Source of the DNA: Hydrolagus colliei
Taxonomy: Eukaryota
Direction of reading: 5' to 3'
DNA length: 64,000 nucleotides
Assembly (NCBI GenBank): GCA_035084275.1
Contig: CM068756.1
Location: 8,184,001 to 8,248,000, forward strand
The notes beneath the pieces were generated by a model that did not search any database, was not told where the DNA came from, and saw nothing but the letters and a program-made list of their open reading frames with translations. Shown piece by piece: positions 62,000 through 64,000 of this stretch (positions within the stretch are counted from its first letter, which is position 1; each line of letters opens with the position of its first letter). A program made the position numbers and the translations under genes.

Positions 62000-62281
62000 A
62001 GGCTGGCTCAGTTGGTAGCACCCTTACCTCTGGGACAAACAATCCGGGCAAAATCTTGGGTACTCCACACGCCTAATAATAAACCCTTCCCAAAAAACAT
62101 AATAATAAAATTGGTTATTTTCGATCCACAACTGTTCGAGGGACATTGCTGTGTGCAATTGGCTGCGCGTTTCGCCCACATATATACAATCAATTCACTT
62201 TACAGTACATTCTGTGAAGCACTTTTGAGACATTGATAAGATGTGAAAAGCGTTATTTCAAAAACGTAAGGATTATTATTA
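62000..62281 (+). mobile_element. Young SINE, subfamily A, with a modified head
   Basis: ggctcagttggtagcac..gggcaaaatcttggg..tactccacacgcctaataata..body..aaggattattatt. Confidence 0.88.
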
Positions 62282-63064
62282 TCCCATTGAATGAATGATT
62301 GCCAGTTTGTGATCTTGTGGCATCTGCAGAGTGGTACCAAGTGATTCTGCGAAGACTCAGACAACCGCCTAAATACCAGGTTGGCCAACATTTGATCGGT
62401 ATGTAATCAGCTGCTTGAACGTGAATAGATTGCACGTTTCGACAACTCTCAACTCATCGCTTTATTTCGAAACCTAAATCCATTACTCTGGATTCAATAT
62501 ATAGACTAGACTTTGGATGAAAAAACCTCTTTGGGCCTGTTTGACATTGGGTGAGTGGTTGTAAAGCTGCCAGGGATGGAAGAGATTTTTGATGCTGTTA
62601 GTTTTTAAGCTACTGTGAAATGCTAAAGTTTTCCTTCACTTTTTCTAAATTTGCACTTACATTTGATAGCGCACTTTTCACATCTTATCGACGTCTCAAA
62701 GCACTTATAATATATTTTATACATGCACACATAATATTGCAAGTAAATTTTTATATCTGCCATTGTTTTTCTTCCCAGCTCAGTACCATCTCATGTTTAA
62801 CATTTTGCACTTATTTTATCTTTACAGTGAGCATGTCGATTTAAACAACGCACCAAAAAATTTGAAATGCCTCCCAGCACAACACATTGAAATGTGATAG
62901 AAATGCTTTGCTCCCCAATACCTCAGTGGGTAAATGGACCAATTAGCAGAAGTACAACTGAACCAGGTGGACTGGGAAGGTCCCAGGTCATTACTAGTCA
63001 GCTGATTTTGGCTGAGACAGTTTGGGAGGTGCTATAATAACACTGATGGCGCTATAATTACTTC

Positions 63065-63422
63065 CCCCTACCTCTATGACCTTCTAACCCTCTACCAACC
63101 TGCCTGTTCAATCTGCTCAGCGAGCTCCAGCTTGCTCAAATCCCCCACCTCCCCCGCCCCACTATTGGGAGGCGGGCCTTCTGCCACTCTACCCCTGTCC
63201 TTTGGAATTCTACTCCGCAGACCCTCCTCCAAGCCCTCTCCTTTGCCTCTTTCAAGACCCAGCTCAAGGCCCTCCTCTTTAACCATGCCTACCCTCCTCC
63301 TCCCCCCACCGTTGTCTTCCACCCTTCCCGATCCCCAACTTGGGTCCAAAACACTGATTGTCCAGCACCTTAAGATGTCATCCCGACGTGAAAGGCACTG
63401 TACAAATATAAATTTGTTGTTC
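63065..63422 (+). mobile_element. L2 LINE 3' end (ORF2 C-terminus, 3' UTR, tail)
   Basis: Translates PYLYDLLTLYQP..CSASSSLL / TIGRRAFCHSTPVLWNSTPQTL...FKTQLKALLFNHAY; tail gacgtgaaaggcactgtacaaatataaatttgttgtt. Confidence 0.88.
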
Positions 63423-63803
63423 ATTATATTTAACTATACAACTTTACAAGACTAAAACAGGCAGCTGACACTCACTGCATAGACTCAACTTCCTGCAACA
63501 CAATCACAGAACAGCATTGATTGTGGAGAAATGCAAGCTCAAATCATGGCACCCTCTGCAGGAGGAGAGAGCATTGAAGTGGATGGTAGCGCATGGATTT
63601 ATGGGGTGGGGGGCAGGATGAAATGAAGAAAATGAATATAAATTAAAGTCTCGAGCTGCAAGTAAAATATCATTCCTTCCTCTCCACCCCACCCTGGAAA
63701 TCACACAGAAATGCAATGTGCATTCACTGAACTTCTTTCCACTGGCCAGCAAGTAACACAGTCTATTACTGATTTGGCCATGTCAAATATCTTTGATAAC
63801 AAG

Positions 63804-64000
63804 AATAATCATCCTTGCATTTTATATCGTGCTTTTCACGTCTTCTAGGCATCTCAAAGCATTTCACAAAATATACTGTACAGAGAATTGACTGTATATT
63901 TGTGACCGAAGCGCAGCAGCCAACTGCACACAGCAGTATCCCACAAACGATCGTGGATTGAAATTATAAATTTATTGTTGTTTTTTATCTTGAGGGATCA
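63804..64000 (-). mobile_element. Young SINE, truncated by the window edge
   Basis: atccttgcattttatatcgtgcttttcacgtc...cacagcagtatcccacaaacgatcgtggattg. Confidence 0.9.

Noticed and set aside
16700-64000. Recurring ~30-60 bp motifs as a CRISPR-like or regularly spaced array
   Set aside because: The copies are irregularly spaced, in both orientations, and are SINE/LINE 3' tails in a vertebrate genome.

Overview
Vertebrate genomic DNA, most likely a cartilaginous fish (chimaera/holocephalan-like repeat content; inferred, not proven). The only real protein-coding sequence is the large exon 2 of the spalt-like zinc-finger gene SALL1 on the minus strand (2731 down to 1, running off the window). 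It encodes the N-terminal C2HC finger, the Q-rich dimerisation helix and two C2H2 clusters. The ORF track misses it because it has no start or stop in the window. The short coding exon 1 (MSRRKQ.. NuRD motif) is not visible and probably lies in the 200-N assembly gap (11160-11359), inside a CpG- and poly-G-rich, transposon-free promoter domain (~9-16 kb). The remaining ~48 kb is upstream gene desert: candidate conserved non-coding elements interleaved with several tRNA-derived SINE families, L2 and CR1 LINE 3' fragments, and microsatellites. I found no evidence of a new multi-gene system. The most interesting observations are a template-switch-perfected hairpin in an L2 copy, a modular SINE with two subfamilies, an LF-SINE-like relic in intron 1, a Penelope/hammerhead-like relic nested in a SINE, and a possible alternative SALL1 first exon. 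Family names rest on recalled consensus sequences and need database confirmation.
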